Of a stretch of DNA of 30,369 bases, positions 9,974 through 19,060 are shown in pieces. Origin of the DNA: a virus. Below the pieces are notes generated by a model. That model was not told where the DNA came from. It made no database searches and was given only the letters and a program-made list of their open reading frames with translations. Position 1 is the first letter of the stretch; every line of letters starts with the position of its first letter. The translations under genes and the position numbers were made by a program. The DNA lies in IMG/VR virus record IMGVR_UViG_3300030514_000035, positions 115,027-145,395 of that record; one strand, 5' to 3'.

Positions 9974-10741
9974 TTACTCCCCCAGCACTTTGTAAACTGC
10001 CATCTCCTTGTCCTTGTTAGGGAACAGGTCGAATGTTACAGCCAAGTTAGTTGGCTCAGTAGCAGACATTGTGATTGTGAAATTTGATTGAGGCTTAGCG
10101 TTTGGATATTCGATTTGAACGAATTCATCCTTACCAGTCTCTTTTTCACGAATTAAAGCGTCAGCAATAATTTTGAAGTTCTTAGGGAATCTGTCAGCAG
10201 AGATTGTAATAGTCTTAGCTTGAGAGTCTAATACTAGGTAGTAAACTGCGTAAGACTCGCCTTCTACAGCGTCAGTAGCGAAAGTGATTTCTGAACCAGC
10301 AACTTTGAATTGGTTAGCATTTACAACTGATGCTCCACCAGCAACCTCGTCTAAAGGCTCACCAATGTGCTCGATGTCGTCAGAACCAACACGAACTACT
10401 TGTACAGAACCTTCTAATGGAGTTCCTTTTAATGTAGCTTTCTTAGTAGAACCAACACGAACTACTTCACGTTTAGCAACGTTAGTTTCACCTTGTTTTA
10501 ATTCAGAACCAGCAACTAATGCGATCCATTTAAGGTCGAATACTTCCATTTCAACAGCAAGTGTTGATTGACGGTCGTAATCCCATGCGATTGCACGAGT
10601 ACCTTTAGAGTTAGCGTATACACGCTCTGAAGACCATTCGTTTGTTGATACGTTTGCGTAATCTGTGTGCAAAGCTGGAGCACCAGTACCTAAGTCAAAA
10701 AGAGATAGGTTTGCACAATCTTTAATACCATATAATGCCAT
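9974..10741 (-). CDS. Major tail tube protein
   Basis: About 255 aa (alternative start 10750). Motifs YGIKDCANL, VYA...W, I.A..FP, FTITMSATEP...TFDLF typical of siphophage tail tubes. Follows the neck genes and is followed by a terminator. Confidence 0.8.
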   Translation of the reverse strand: MALYGIKDCANLSLFDLGTGAPALHTDYANVSTNEWSSERVYANSKGTRAIAWDYDRQSTLAVEMEVFDLKWIALVAGSELKQGETNVAKREVVRVGSTKKATLKGTPLEGSVQVVRVGSDDIEHIGEPLDEVAGGASVVNANQFKVAGSEITFATDAVEGESYAVYYLVLDSQAKTITISADRFPKNFKIIADALIREKETGKDEFVQIEYPNAKPQSNFTITMSATEPTNLAVTFDLFPNKDKEMAVYKVLGE

Positions 10742-10822
10742 GGTTAACATGCACCTCTTTGTTATATTTTTTTGTCAATACTTTTGTTTTAAAGTATTAT
10801 TTATAATAAAGGGATAAACCCT

Positions 10823-11593
10823 TTACTTTCCGATTTTTAATGAATCTGACCAGTGTTTGATATCGTCTTTGACTTCGAACTTTTGACTAAGTTTGTAACT
10901 CATACCCATATTGAATGCATCCTTGCCCATTACGCTCTTATAAGCGTTTTGAAACTGGTAGTATGTCATTTTATCGATATGGTCAAGTGGGATATAACTT
11001 TGTCCTCCAAAGGCTGTATAGTTAATCATATCTTGTAGATAGACTGCATCTTTTTCTGCTTTTCTTCTACGACCCTTTTGGAGTTTCTCCCAAATATCCT
11101 TTTGTCTCGGAGTCATGTTTTTAGGAGGCTTTTCAATATCCAAGTCTTTTCTGCCGACAACTGTTTGGATGACGATCCGAAGATTATCAAACTCAGCATT
11201 ATCAATTAGATAATTCTCATCGACTATAAGCTTCTTTCGATGCTTTAAAACCTTGATATTATCAGTTTGTAAGAAATACCCTAGGCTTGACACTAGAGTA
11301 TCTACCGCATTCTCACCGAATACGCCATCTAACAAACTCTTCCCATCTGACAATTCAATAAAGAATAGTTCAAAGATATGATACTGTTGCATCAATTCTT
11401 CCTCATTCTCTAGTCCACCGAATATAGATTCTGTTGTTATGACATATGGAAGTAAAAGCTTATTGTAAGTCTCTTCTCCCAAGTCAACTACTTCACTAAT
11501 ACGTGGCTGTTTCACCACTATATTGTTTTCTTTATTGGCTAGAATAGGTCTACCCATTAACAACTTCAGTTTATCCACTCTCACTCCATCCAC
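10823..11593 (-). CDS. Conserved phage morphogenesis protein (neck/tail assembly)
   Basis: 256 aa, between the putative tail terminator and the major tail gene; ends DIKHW. Confidence 0.65.
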   Translation of the reverse strand: MDGVRVDKLKLLMGRPILANKENNIVVKQPRISEVVDLGEETYNKLLLPYVITTESIFGGLENEEELMQQYHIFELFFIELSDGKSLLDGVFGENAVDTLVSSLGYFLQTDNIKVLKHRKKLIVDENYLIDNAEFDNLRIVIQTVVGRKDLDIEKPPKNMTPRQKDIWEKLQKGRRRKAEKDAVYLQDMINYTAFGGQSYIPLDHIDKMTYYQFQNAYKSVMGKDAFNMGMSYKLSQKFEVKDDIKHWSDSLKIGK

Positions 11594-11601
11594 CTCTCAA
11601 A

Positions 11602-12117
11602 CTACTTAAAGTCTGTGATTGTGAAGGCTATTGAGTAACCACCAAATTTGTTATTGTGCATCCACAATTCGTTAACGTAACGAAGCTTAAGTTCGCCCAT
11701 TCCAATCCCTTTAGTTCCATCAAATAAAGTGCTAATTCTAGCAAGCATTAAATCTTGACGAACTCCACTATCAGTTCTCATTAAATCTACATGAGTGAAG
11801 AAATAGAAGTATATCTCTCCAGCTTGATAGTCGTCATATACTTTGAAGCCTTCTTGGTTTCTTCTGAAACCATTAACACCTAAAGTTAGGTAAGTTCCTT
11901 GTACCTCTACAGGCGCAGGAACAAATCTATATGGAAATACTCTGTCATACATTAATGAGAAAGTATCTTCAACACTTGGTCTAAACAAAGCGTTAGGTGA
12001 ATCATGTGCTATTAGCCTTGTTAAATCATCATCTGCTAGTATGCGATTCAAGACTTCCATCTTGTATTCGCCTAGTTTTTCCATGGCTGATTTACCACGT
12101 TTAATTTCTTTGGTCAC
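11602..12117 (-). CDS. Putative tail terminator / tail completion protein
   Basis: 171 aa. Assigned from position and the R.D.....I..LF..GIG motif. Confidence 0.6.
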   Translation of the reverse strand: MTKEIKRGKSAMEKLGEYKMEVLNRILADDDLTRLIAHDSPNALFRPSVEDTFSLMYDRVFPYRFVPAPVEVQGTYLTLGVNGFRRNQEGFKVYDDYQAGEIYFYFFTHVDLMRTDSGVRQDLMLARISTLFDGTKGIGMGELKLRYVNELWMHNNKFGGYSIAFTITDFK

Positions 12118-12133
12118 TTATCTCACTCACTCT

Positions 12134-13147
12134 CTAGTATGGGCTTATAATATTCACAGGTTTAGAACCGATTGTTCCATCGGCAGTCTTACCGATTACA
12201 GTAATTACAGAGCCTACTTTTTGGAAGTTATTAACAATGTGAATCGTAATATACTTATCTGTTTGCTCCACAACTGTAGCTACCGCCTCAGTATCAGCGA
12301 TAGTCCATTCAGTAATGCCTTCTGATAGAGCAGTTCCATCTTGGAATACACTAGCCTCAAACTTTTGAGTTGAGCCAATTCGTGCCTTATCAGCACCACT
12401 GATTGTTACTACCTTTTCAGATTCAGGTACAGAAGGTTCTTCTACTTCCTGATTCGTGTCGGAGTTTTTAGCAGGGTAATAATCTGCAACTCCTAATTCT
12501 AAGTTATCTCTGTCTTCTGCATAGAAGTCTTGTTCTAATAGGTAGTTTATTAGACCTTTACGAGATACATAGTCTTTAAACATTACTTGGAAAATCGCAC
12601 CACCAATAACGATACGTTGACCAATCTTAATGTTCCTACTCTCATCAGTATTAGGAAGATACATTGTCATCTTCGCATTTACGATCCAAGAGTGATTACC
12701 ACTAGTAGATACCCCTAGTGTATATAGCGTTTGGTTTTGAATGTAAGCATAGTAACCTTCTCCATTACCACAAATCTTGTCTCCAATCATCCATTTGATG
12801 ACATGGTTGGACTCCTTGACTTTCGCCTGTTTGTGCGTAGGAATGGTTTTATGCTCGTCTGTAAATACCAGCCAAGTACTTCCACGCCAATTAACATAAG
12901 AGCCTACTTCTATATTGCTTGTCTTTTCTACAACAATGTACTTATCATCCGACAGGTCTTTGTTGTTGTTTTGGTTTTGGTCTTGAAAGACAGCATATTG
13001 TTCAATCCCATCAATAGTTACTAATTCTTTTCCTAGAGCATTATCAAACCAATTTTGAAAGTCTCTAGATGCACTACGCAGTCTTCTGTCGTATGCATTT
13101 CCACCTTTGGCAAGCATTCTTTTTCTGAATACAGATGAGTATGACAA
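12134..13147 (-). CDS. Putative head-closure/neck protein with a C-terminal Ig-like domain
   Basis: Likely TTG start at 13147 after GGAGG. GSYVNW..TWLV motif; C-terminal ISGADKARIG..QKFEA..EWTI Ig-like segment. Confidence 0.65.
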   Translation of the reverse strand: MSYSSVFRKRMLAKGGNAYDRRLRSASRDFQNWFDNALGKELVTIDGIEQYAVFQDQNQNNNKDLSDDKYIVVEKTSNIEVGSYVNWRGSTWLVFTDEHKTIPTHKQAKVKESNHVIKWMIGDKICGNGEGYYAYIQNQTLYTLGVSTSGNHSWIVNAKMTMYLPNTDESRNIKIGQRIVIGGAIFQVMFKDYVSRKGLINYLLEQDFYAEDRDNLELGVADYYPAKNSDTNQEVEEPSVPESEKVVTISGADKARIGSTQKFEASVFQDGTALSEGITEWTIADTEAVATVVEQTDKYITIHIVNNFQKVGSVITVIGKTADGTIGSKPVNIISPY

Positions 13148-13149
13148 GA

Positions 13150-13584
13150 TTACCAATCCTCCGTAGAGAAGTTTCTCCAAGAGTACTGCTTAGCGTAATC
13201 ATCAACTTCATCTTCAATTTGCTTTTCAAGTTTAGACAGTTCTTTGATATAAGTAGTACCTTGTACAGCCTTATAATCCCTGTCGCCAATTGCTTTGCTC
13301 ATTAAATCAGCATTCTTTACCTTTGGTGAAATCCAAGCCTTAGTCATTCCTAGTGCTAGGATAAATTGCTCTTGCGATGTTAAATCCTCTTCGAATTCTC
13401 CAACGCCATTTTGCTCGGTTAACTTTTCTAAATCCTTCTTACACTGTGGAAAGTGTAGACTCCTAGCCTTATCTAAGAACATGAACAATACTTCATTAAG
13501 TTGTTCATCGTCAGGGATAGCTAGTTCATAGTCATCTACTAAAGCTAGAAACTTATTGTAGATAGATGAAAAAGGAGTTGCCAC
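13150..13584 (-). CDS. Putative head-tail adaptor
   Basis: GTG start after GGGAGG. MATPFSSIYNKFL...F.EDLT.QEQ.ILA..M..W; typical position after the capsid genes. Confidence 0.65.
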   Translation of the reverse strand: MATPFSSIYNKFLALVDDYELAIPDDEQLNEVLFMFLDKARSLHFPQCKKDLEKLTEQNGVGEFEEDLTSQEQFILALGMTKAWISPKVKNADLMSKAIGDRDYKAVQGTTYIKELSKLEKQIEDEVDDYAKQYSWRNFSTEDW

Positions 13585-13599
13585 TAGCAACACCTCCCA

Positions 13600-14271
13600 T
13601 TAAATGTAAATATCATTTTCAACTTCTGTTTCTTCTGCATCATCGAAAATGTCATCGTTGTTAACATACTTTCGAATAGTCTGCATCTTGTTGTAATCTC
13701 CAAACTCTTTAAGCTTGAACAGCGTCACAGATGTTTCAATAATCTTGTTGCGAAGCTTAGGCTCAATTGTTTCCATTACCTTTTCAAAAGTTAAAGCTGG
13801 TGCTTTTACAAGGAAGTCTTTAATGTCTTTTACTTCTGCCATTTTGCCTGTGCGTTTTCCAGTTAGCGAATAGTACTCTTCGTACTTTTTGTCTAATCCA
13901 AGGAATGTGAGAACATCGTCTAATGTATATCGATCATCAAGTACCTCTGTAATGAGAATATCGAATCCTTCAAGAATCTTACGATTTGAGTTAAGAATTG
14001 TGCGAAGGTCTCCTACTGTGATGTACTCTTCATCATCAATGTGTTGTAAGTCAATAATCATAGACATACGTGGGTTCTCATAGAAGAACTCTCCAAGACA
14101 GTTGCTTACTACTACCACTTCTACATCTCTGTCAACTGTAACTCTGCGTCTACGTTGTACAGGTTTCTCACCATTGCGAGTCTCTTTAACATTTTGATGT
14201 TGTCGTTTTGGACGACTGTGCTTGTTTTTGTTATTGTTATTTTTGTTGTTGTTTCGTTGTTTGTTTTCCAT
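13600..14271 (-). CDS. Hypothetical protein with an N/K/R-rich low-complexity N-terminus
   Basis: 223 aa, immediately downstream of the major capsid gene. Confidence 0.75.
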   Translation of the reverse strand: MENKQRNNNKNNNNKNKHSRPKRQHQNVKETRNGEKPVQRRRRVTVDRDVEVVVVSNCLGEFFYENPRMSMIIDLQHIDDEEYITVGDLRTILNSNRKILEGFDILITEVLDDRYTLDDVLTFLGLDKKYEEYYSLTGKRTGKMAEVKDIKDFLVKAPALTFEKVMETIEPKLRNKIIETSVTLFKLKEFGDYNKMQTIRKYVNNDDIFDDAEETEVENDIYI

Positions 14272-14327
14272 CGTTATACTCTACTCTCCCACTCTTTTTT
14301 AATACTTTTGCTTAATAACAAGATATT

Positions 14328-14352
14328 TAGGGAGTGTTTTTCAACTCCCCTT
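14328..14352 (-). terminator. Hairpin / possible terminator after the major capsid gene
   Basis: GGGAGT...ACTCCC stem with only a weak U-tract. Confidence 0.45.
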
Positions 14353-14359
14353 ATATCAC

Positions 14360-14400
14360 ATTATACTACACGTAGTATCTAATATCAATACTTTTGCTTA
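14360..14400 (-). promoter_or_regulatory. SigA-type promoter with the conserved motif
   Basis: AAGCAAAAGTA-TTGATA (14388-14383), 17 nt, TATAAT (14365-14360). Confidence 0.7.
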
Positions 14401-14406
14401 ATAAAA

Positions 14407-15390
14407 TTATTGAATTTTGTAGATACCGTAGATAGCAGATTGCATTACACCTACGCCAAATTTCTTTTGAACTAGGTATTCCATTTGTTGGTCATTACGT
14501 GTACCAGCGTCAGCAACCTCAATCATTTGAGTTTGTCCTTCTACTACTACTTTTACTAGTTTTTCACCTTGAGGGATTACTAGTAACATATTGTCGTCAA
14601 CGTAGAATTCATCAGTTCCTACTTTGTGCGCTTGAGGCAATACTACTAGGTCAACTCCACCAACTGTACCAATGTACCCAATTTGGTTGAATTTTTCTTT
14701 CATGTTATCAGACATAACTAGGTCTTTAGACACTTTACGAAGAGCCTTCTTAGTACCCATAACAACTGCTTTCTTACCACCTGAACGAGCCTCGATGTGT
14801 TGAACCATATCGAATAACTTGTCTTCGTTGTATGTTCCTGTAACACCGTAAACAGCGTTTAATGCTGTGTAAGAGTTAGCAACAGCTTCATAGATACGTT
14901 TACCTAGGTCATTAGCGAATGATAAAGTAATACGGTTAACGAACTCGTTCCAAGGAACTAGACCAGCGATAAACATTTCCAATTCTGCATAGATTTTAGC
15001 ACCGAACCAGTCAGTATCTACTTCGAATTTACCATTTAATAGCTTCTGTCTACGTAGGTCATTAGTACCGCCAGCGATACGAGCGATGCGGAATAATGAT
15101 GGGTCTTCTACACGGAATGCAGGACGCTCACCGATTGCTACGTTCTTAACTTCTGCTAAGCCATCGAATTGGTTAGTGATAACTACACCTAAAGTAGTAT
15201 CTACTAATTCTTCAATAATTGTGAAAACTTTGTATTTGTTCTCACGGAAATTTCTGTAATTAAACTCTCCACCACATGCTAAATTAATAGCGTTACGAAT
15301 TGCGTCTTCACCTGCAACTTCGTTAAACATAACGTTTTTACCTTGATACACATCTAATGAAAGACGTTGTAAATCTGTAATTTTTGCCAC
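14407..15390 (-). CDS. Major capsid protein
   Basis: 327 aa, GTG start after AAGGTG. Follows portal, protease/scaffold and decoration genes. V.GTKKAL and K.G.GV......YKI C-terminus; codon usage suggests high expression. Confidence 0.85.
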   Translation of the reverse strand: MAKITDLQRLSLDVYQGKNVMFNEVAGEDAIRNAINLACGGEFNYRNFRENKYKVFTIIEELVDTTLGVVITNQFDGLAEVKNVAIGERPAFRVEDPSLFRIARIAGGTNDLRRQKLLNGKFEVDTDWFGAKIYAELEMFIAGLVPWNEFVNRITLSFANDLGKRIYEAVANSYTALNAVYGVTGTYNEDKLFDMVQHIEARSGGKKAVVMGTKKALRKVSKDLVMSDNMKEKFNQIGYIGTVGGVDLVVLPQAHKVGTDEFYVDDNMLLVIPQGEKLVKVVVEGQTQMIEVADAGTRNDQQMEYLVQKKFGVGVMQSAIYGIYKIQ

Positions 15391-15474
15391 TAAAATTCAC
15401 CTTCCGTTGATAGTATTTTGCAGGGAGTGACCCCTGCAATACTCATTAATACTTTTGTTTTATAATATTTTTAA

Positions 15475-15930
15475 TTAAACTGTGAAACGAATTACTGCTA
15501 ATTGACCAGCGTATAGGTCAGTTTCGATAGCGATAATTTCACCACGAAGACCAGCAGTTGGAGCAGTTGCAGGAATTGAGAATCCATCAGCATGAGGAGC
15601 AACTTTTGCACCCTTAGCAGGAGTTCCTGAAACGATACCATCTAGAGAAACAGATACGATGTCACCAGCTTCGATTACGTATCCACGACCTACCTTACCA
15701 GCTTTAAGAACGAAATCTAATTCATTAGTACGCTCTTCATAAGTTAAAGGTACAGAAGCGTGGAATACTAGATTCTTAGTTACATCGCCACTAGGAGTAC
15801 CTAGACGAGCCTCTCCATCTGCTTGTAAGTCGCCTAATGCGATAAATCCACCATTTTTTAAATCTGTATTAGCTACGAATGACTCTAAGTGAGCAGAGCC
15901 TTTGACTTTGTCTAAACGAACATATGCCAT
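15475..15930 (-). CDS. Capsid decoration / stabilizing protein
   Basis: 151 aa between scaffold and major capsid genes; NG.F..LG and RGY....GD motifs. Confidence 0.7.
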   Translation of the reverse strand: MAYVRLDKVKGSAHLESFVANTDLKNGGFIALGDLQADGEARLGTPSGDVTKNLVFHASVPLTYEERTNELDFVLKAGKVGRGYVIEAGDIVSVSLDGIVSGTPAKGAKVAPHADGFSIPATAPTAGLRGEIIAIETDLYAGQLAVIRFTV

Positions 15931-15957
15931 GTTGCGTATACACCCTTTCGATAATTA

Positions 15958-17553
15958 TTATTTTGTAAAGTAAATAGATGCCGATCCATAAGGATTAGAA
16001 TCTGTTGTTGCACCAGTTGAAACAACTCGTGTAGAAGAAGGTTCTTCTTCTGTCTTAGTTGCTGAGAAATGGTTGTTACGTAGTAATGTAACAGCGATTT
16101 CTTTCTCCATGTCATCCATAGAGAAGTTTTTAAGATTGTCTTTGATAGTCTTGTAATCTTCAGCTTTAAGAGAACTAGAGTAAGTAGAAAGCTTAGCTTC
16201 TTTTTCTTTAAGTTCAATCTCAGACTTGAATTCACGTAACTCTTTAACTTCTGTTTCTAAAGCTGAGAAGTTGTTACGAGAAGTGTCGATAGCTGATTTC
16301 TCAGATGCATTAACGAACATTGGGAATAATTCCTCTTGGTCGCCAAGCGATACGCCACTCTCATGTTTCACATAGTTAACTTTGAAGAATTTGCCTTCGT
16401 TTTCATCAACTACAATTGCATGATTGTCATACACTTGAGAAACATACATGAATGAATCTTTGAAGTTATCATGACTATCTAAAGCATGATAAAGTCCTAC
16501 ACGAATATCATCGTGAGAAAGTTCGAATGTACGAGAGAATTTCTTCGGAGATTTTTTCTTTTTCTCTTCATCGTCCTCTTCGTCTTTCTTAGGTTGAGGT
16601 TCGCCTTCTTTCTTAGGCGCTTCTTTAGGCTCTCCCTTTGCAGGGTCAGCTTCTTTAGAAGGCTCAGATTTAGCAGGCTCTTCACCTTTCTTTGGTTCTT
16701 CTTTAGCAGGAGTTTTCTCCTTAGAATCACCTTCACCAGCTTTAGGGTCTTCCTTTTTAGCAGGAGTACCTTCGCCAGCTTTAGCTTTTTCTTTTTCTTT
16801 GTCCTCTTTCTCCTTATCCTTCTTAGCGAAGTCAGTTTCAGGATTTTGAGGGTCTAAAACTTTGTTATCTTCCAAGTCATTGTCTCCTTTCTGTAGTGTT
16901 GTAGAAAAGCAAGTATTAAACTCAGTGAGCATTTCACTCAACTCAGTCTGTATTTTATTTGCGACAGAGAACTTTTCAATGGTACTAGAAATCATAGCTG
17001 GGCTAACGTTTTCTCCGAGTAGGCAAGCGCCTTCAAACTTAGCCTCTGTAAATACAAAGACTCCATTACTGTCGGTATATCCTTTTACGCTGGAATATTG
17101 TAGTTCCATAGATTGGGATTTGAATCCACCATCTCTATCGAAAATCCTTTCGACTTCGGGGAACTTACGCCAAATCAAACCATCGCAAACAAGATATTCA
17201 CGTTCAAGCCCATCTTCGCCATAGCGTTTTTCGAATCTAGCATTGTTTTCTGTCGGAATTAATCCATATGCTCTTCCAACGTACTTAAGTTTAAACTCAT
17301 TGTCTTCAATGACTAGTCTCTCTTCATGACCCATGAAGTCTATTTCTTTTCCATTATCATCAACTGCGATATATCCCAAGATAGGAATGTTAGCAAGAGA
17401 TGGAATCATAGACTCTAAGAGTTCTTTAGAGAAGATAGAATTGTTTCTATTTTCGCCAGTGTGTGCAAGCCACACTTTAACTTTCATGAATCTGTCATCA
17501 AGTACATTTAATGGTACTTGTTCAAATTCAACTGGAATGTTGTAGTTAGACAA
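15958..17553 (-). CDS. Prohead protease-scaffold fusion
   Basis: 531 aa. N-terminal AHTGENRN...PILG...G.IW...QSME...CLLG..V.PAM protease-like domain, K/E/P-rich linker and coiled-coil C-terminus. Confidence 0.8.
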   Translation of the reverse strand: MSNYNIPVEFEQVPLNVLDDRFMKVKVWLAHTGENRNNSIFSKELLESMIPSLANIPILGYIAVDDNGKEIDFMGHEERLVIEDNEFKLKYVGRAYGLIPTENNARFEKRYGEDGLEREYLVCDGLIWRKFPEVERIFDRDGGFKSQSMELQYSSVKGYTDSNGVFVFTEAKFEGACLLGENVSPAMISSTIEKFSVANKIQTELSEMLTEFNTCFSTTLQKGDNDLEDNKVLDPQNPETDFAKKDKEKEDKEKEKAKAGEGTPAKKEDPKAGEGDSKEKTPAKEEPKKGEEPAKSEPSKEADPAKGEPKEAPKKEGEPQPKKDEEDDEEKKKKSPKKFSRTFELSHDDIRVGLYHALDSHDNFKDSFMYVSQVYDNHAIVVDENEGKFFKVNYVKHESGVSLGDQEELFPMFVNASEKSAIDTSRNNFSALETEVKELREFKSEIELKEKEAKLSTYSSSLKAEDYKTIKDNLKNFSMDDMEKEIAVTLLRNNHFSATKTEEEPSSTRVVSTGATTDSNPYGSASIYFTK

Positions 17554-17569
17554 CCTTTGTCACCTCCCT

Positions 17570-19042
17570 TCACTGTTGAGAATCTTTAATTCGAGTCGTA
17601 GTGTCGGTTGGATCATCTGACTCAGGAGCACCAGCTTCGCCTTCATCTCCACTCATTGTGTATGAAGTTTGCTTAGCAATCATCAAGTCATCAATAGTTA
17701 AGATTCGTTGCTCGAATACAAGCATATTGACAATCTCAATAGGTGTCATGCCACAGTGACCAAGATACTCAGTTCTAGAACCACCGTTAGCTAAGTTATC
17801 CTTAGCAAGTTTTAAAACTGCTTCTCTATCAAAGTGTGACATCTGTAAAAACTTAACCTTCCATGTAGTACCTTTCTTGCCAGCCTTCAACAGTTCATAG
17901 TTGTAATAGTTAGCAAACATCGGTAACAGGAAGCTGTATAGCCATTGAGCATCTACTTGAATAGAGCGCTCTAAAGCTTGGGAACTAGTTCCATCTCCTG
18001 CGAATAGCAGTTTGGATACCCCTGCTCCCTCGTATAATTGCTCTACTGACTTATCTAATAGAGCGAACTTACCATCCTTACCTGTACCATTTAGCGAAAG
18101 TGCTTTGGTTTCGAAAGGATTTGTAATGGCTACTGAACCATCAGGCAAGTTTCTTTTTAGAGAGTTGTGATACTCTAATACCACAGGTAATTCCATTAAT
18201 GGTCTACCTTTGTCGTCAGTCTCAATTCTAGAGTGAACAATCTTGGTATTATCTAATTCAGCAGTACTCTCCATGCCATCCTTGGCATTTTCAATCTTGA
18301 TAACATCCACTAGTGCATTCGCCAGTGGAGGAAGCGCAAAACCATTTTGAGTTAAGGTATCTGTGTCTAGTGTAAAAGCAACACCCTTATCACCAACTTG
18401 ATACCACTTACCCTCAATTAGCTTGTCTGTAGCACCATTCTTATAGCTTGTATAAGCTGATTGAAGTTCTTTTGGGTAGTTTAATACTGTAGCCTCCTGA
18501 ATCTTTGTTACATCAAACTGATAGCGATATACGCCTTGGTCTAAGTAAGCAATCCGACAGAAGCTGATTGGCATTTCTTGATACGCCACACTCTTTGAAT
18601 CTTCAAGTTTATATAAGAACACTGTCCCATTCGTAAACATCTTCTCAGTAATCATTGGCAAGTTAAATTTAGGATTCAACCTGTCTAGGAAGATTGCAGT
18701 CTGCGCAAATTCTAATTGCAATGTCGCTGGGTCTTCCATATACTGAAGTGGGTCTTGCATCACTGGATAGAGAACATGGTCATAGGTCAATAGCGAACTT
18801 AGGTATTTGATAATACGCTTATAAGCACCATTGACTTGCTTCATATTCTTCGATAATCCAGCAATCTGTACACCATTTGTCTCAGGGTCTCTCAGCATTG
18901 CTTTAAGTCGAGACTCGGTAATACTCGTTGCACTAGATGTATTGGAAGTATTCTTTATAGCAGACACACTTGCGAAGTGTCTGTTCTCTTGCATTGGATT
19001 TGTTCCATTGCCTCGATTTCTATATCGTTTCTTGTTCGCCAA
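17570..19042 (-). CDS. Portal protein
   Basis: 490 aa directly after the large terminase; C-terminal TSYTMSG...GAP motif. Confidence 0.8.
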   Translation of the reverse strand: MANKKRYRNRGNGTNPMQENRHFASVSAIKNTSNTSSATSITESRLKAMLRDPETNGVQIAGLSKNMKQVNGAYKRIIKYLSSLLTYDHVLYPVMQDPLQYMEDPATLQLEFAQTAIFLDRLNPKFNLPMITEKMFTNGTVFLYKLEDSKSVAYQEMPISFCRIAYLDQGVYRYQFDVTKIQEATVLNYPKELQSAYTSYKNGATDKLIEGKWYQVGDKGVAFTLDTDTLTQNGFALPPLANALVDVIKIENAKDGMESTAELDNTKIVHSRIETDDKGRPLMELPVVLEYHNSLKRNLPDGSVAITNPFETKALSLNGTGKDGKFALLDKSVEQLYEGAGVSKLLFAGDGTSSQALERSIQVDAQWLYSFLLPMFANYYNYELLKAGKKGTTWKVKFLQMSHFDREAVLKLAKDNLANGGSRTEYLGHCGMTPIEIVNMLVFEQRILTIDDLMIAKQTSYTMSGDEGEAGAPESDDPTDTTTRIKDSQQ

Positions 19043-19060
19043 TTCCTTTTCTCACCACCT

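Noticed and set aside
9960-10000. Programmed frameshift extending the major tail protein
   Set aside because: No convincing slippery sequence; a terminator follows and the next gene has its own strong RBS.
15912-16736. Alternative-frame minus-strand ORFs 15912-16235 and 16497-16736 (also 13074-13289)
   Set aside because: They lie within real genes and arise from low-complexity K/E-rich coding; no convincing RBS or slippery site was seen.
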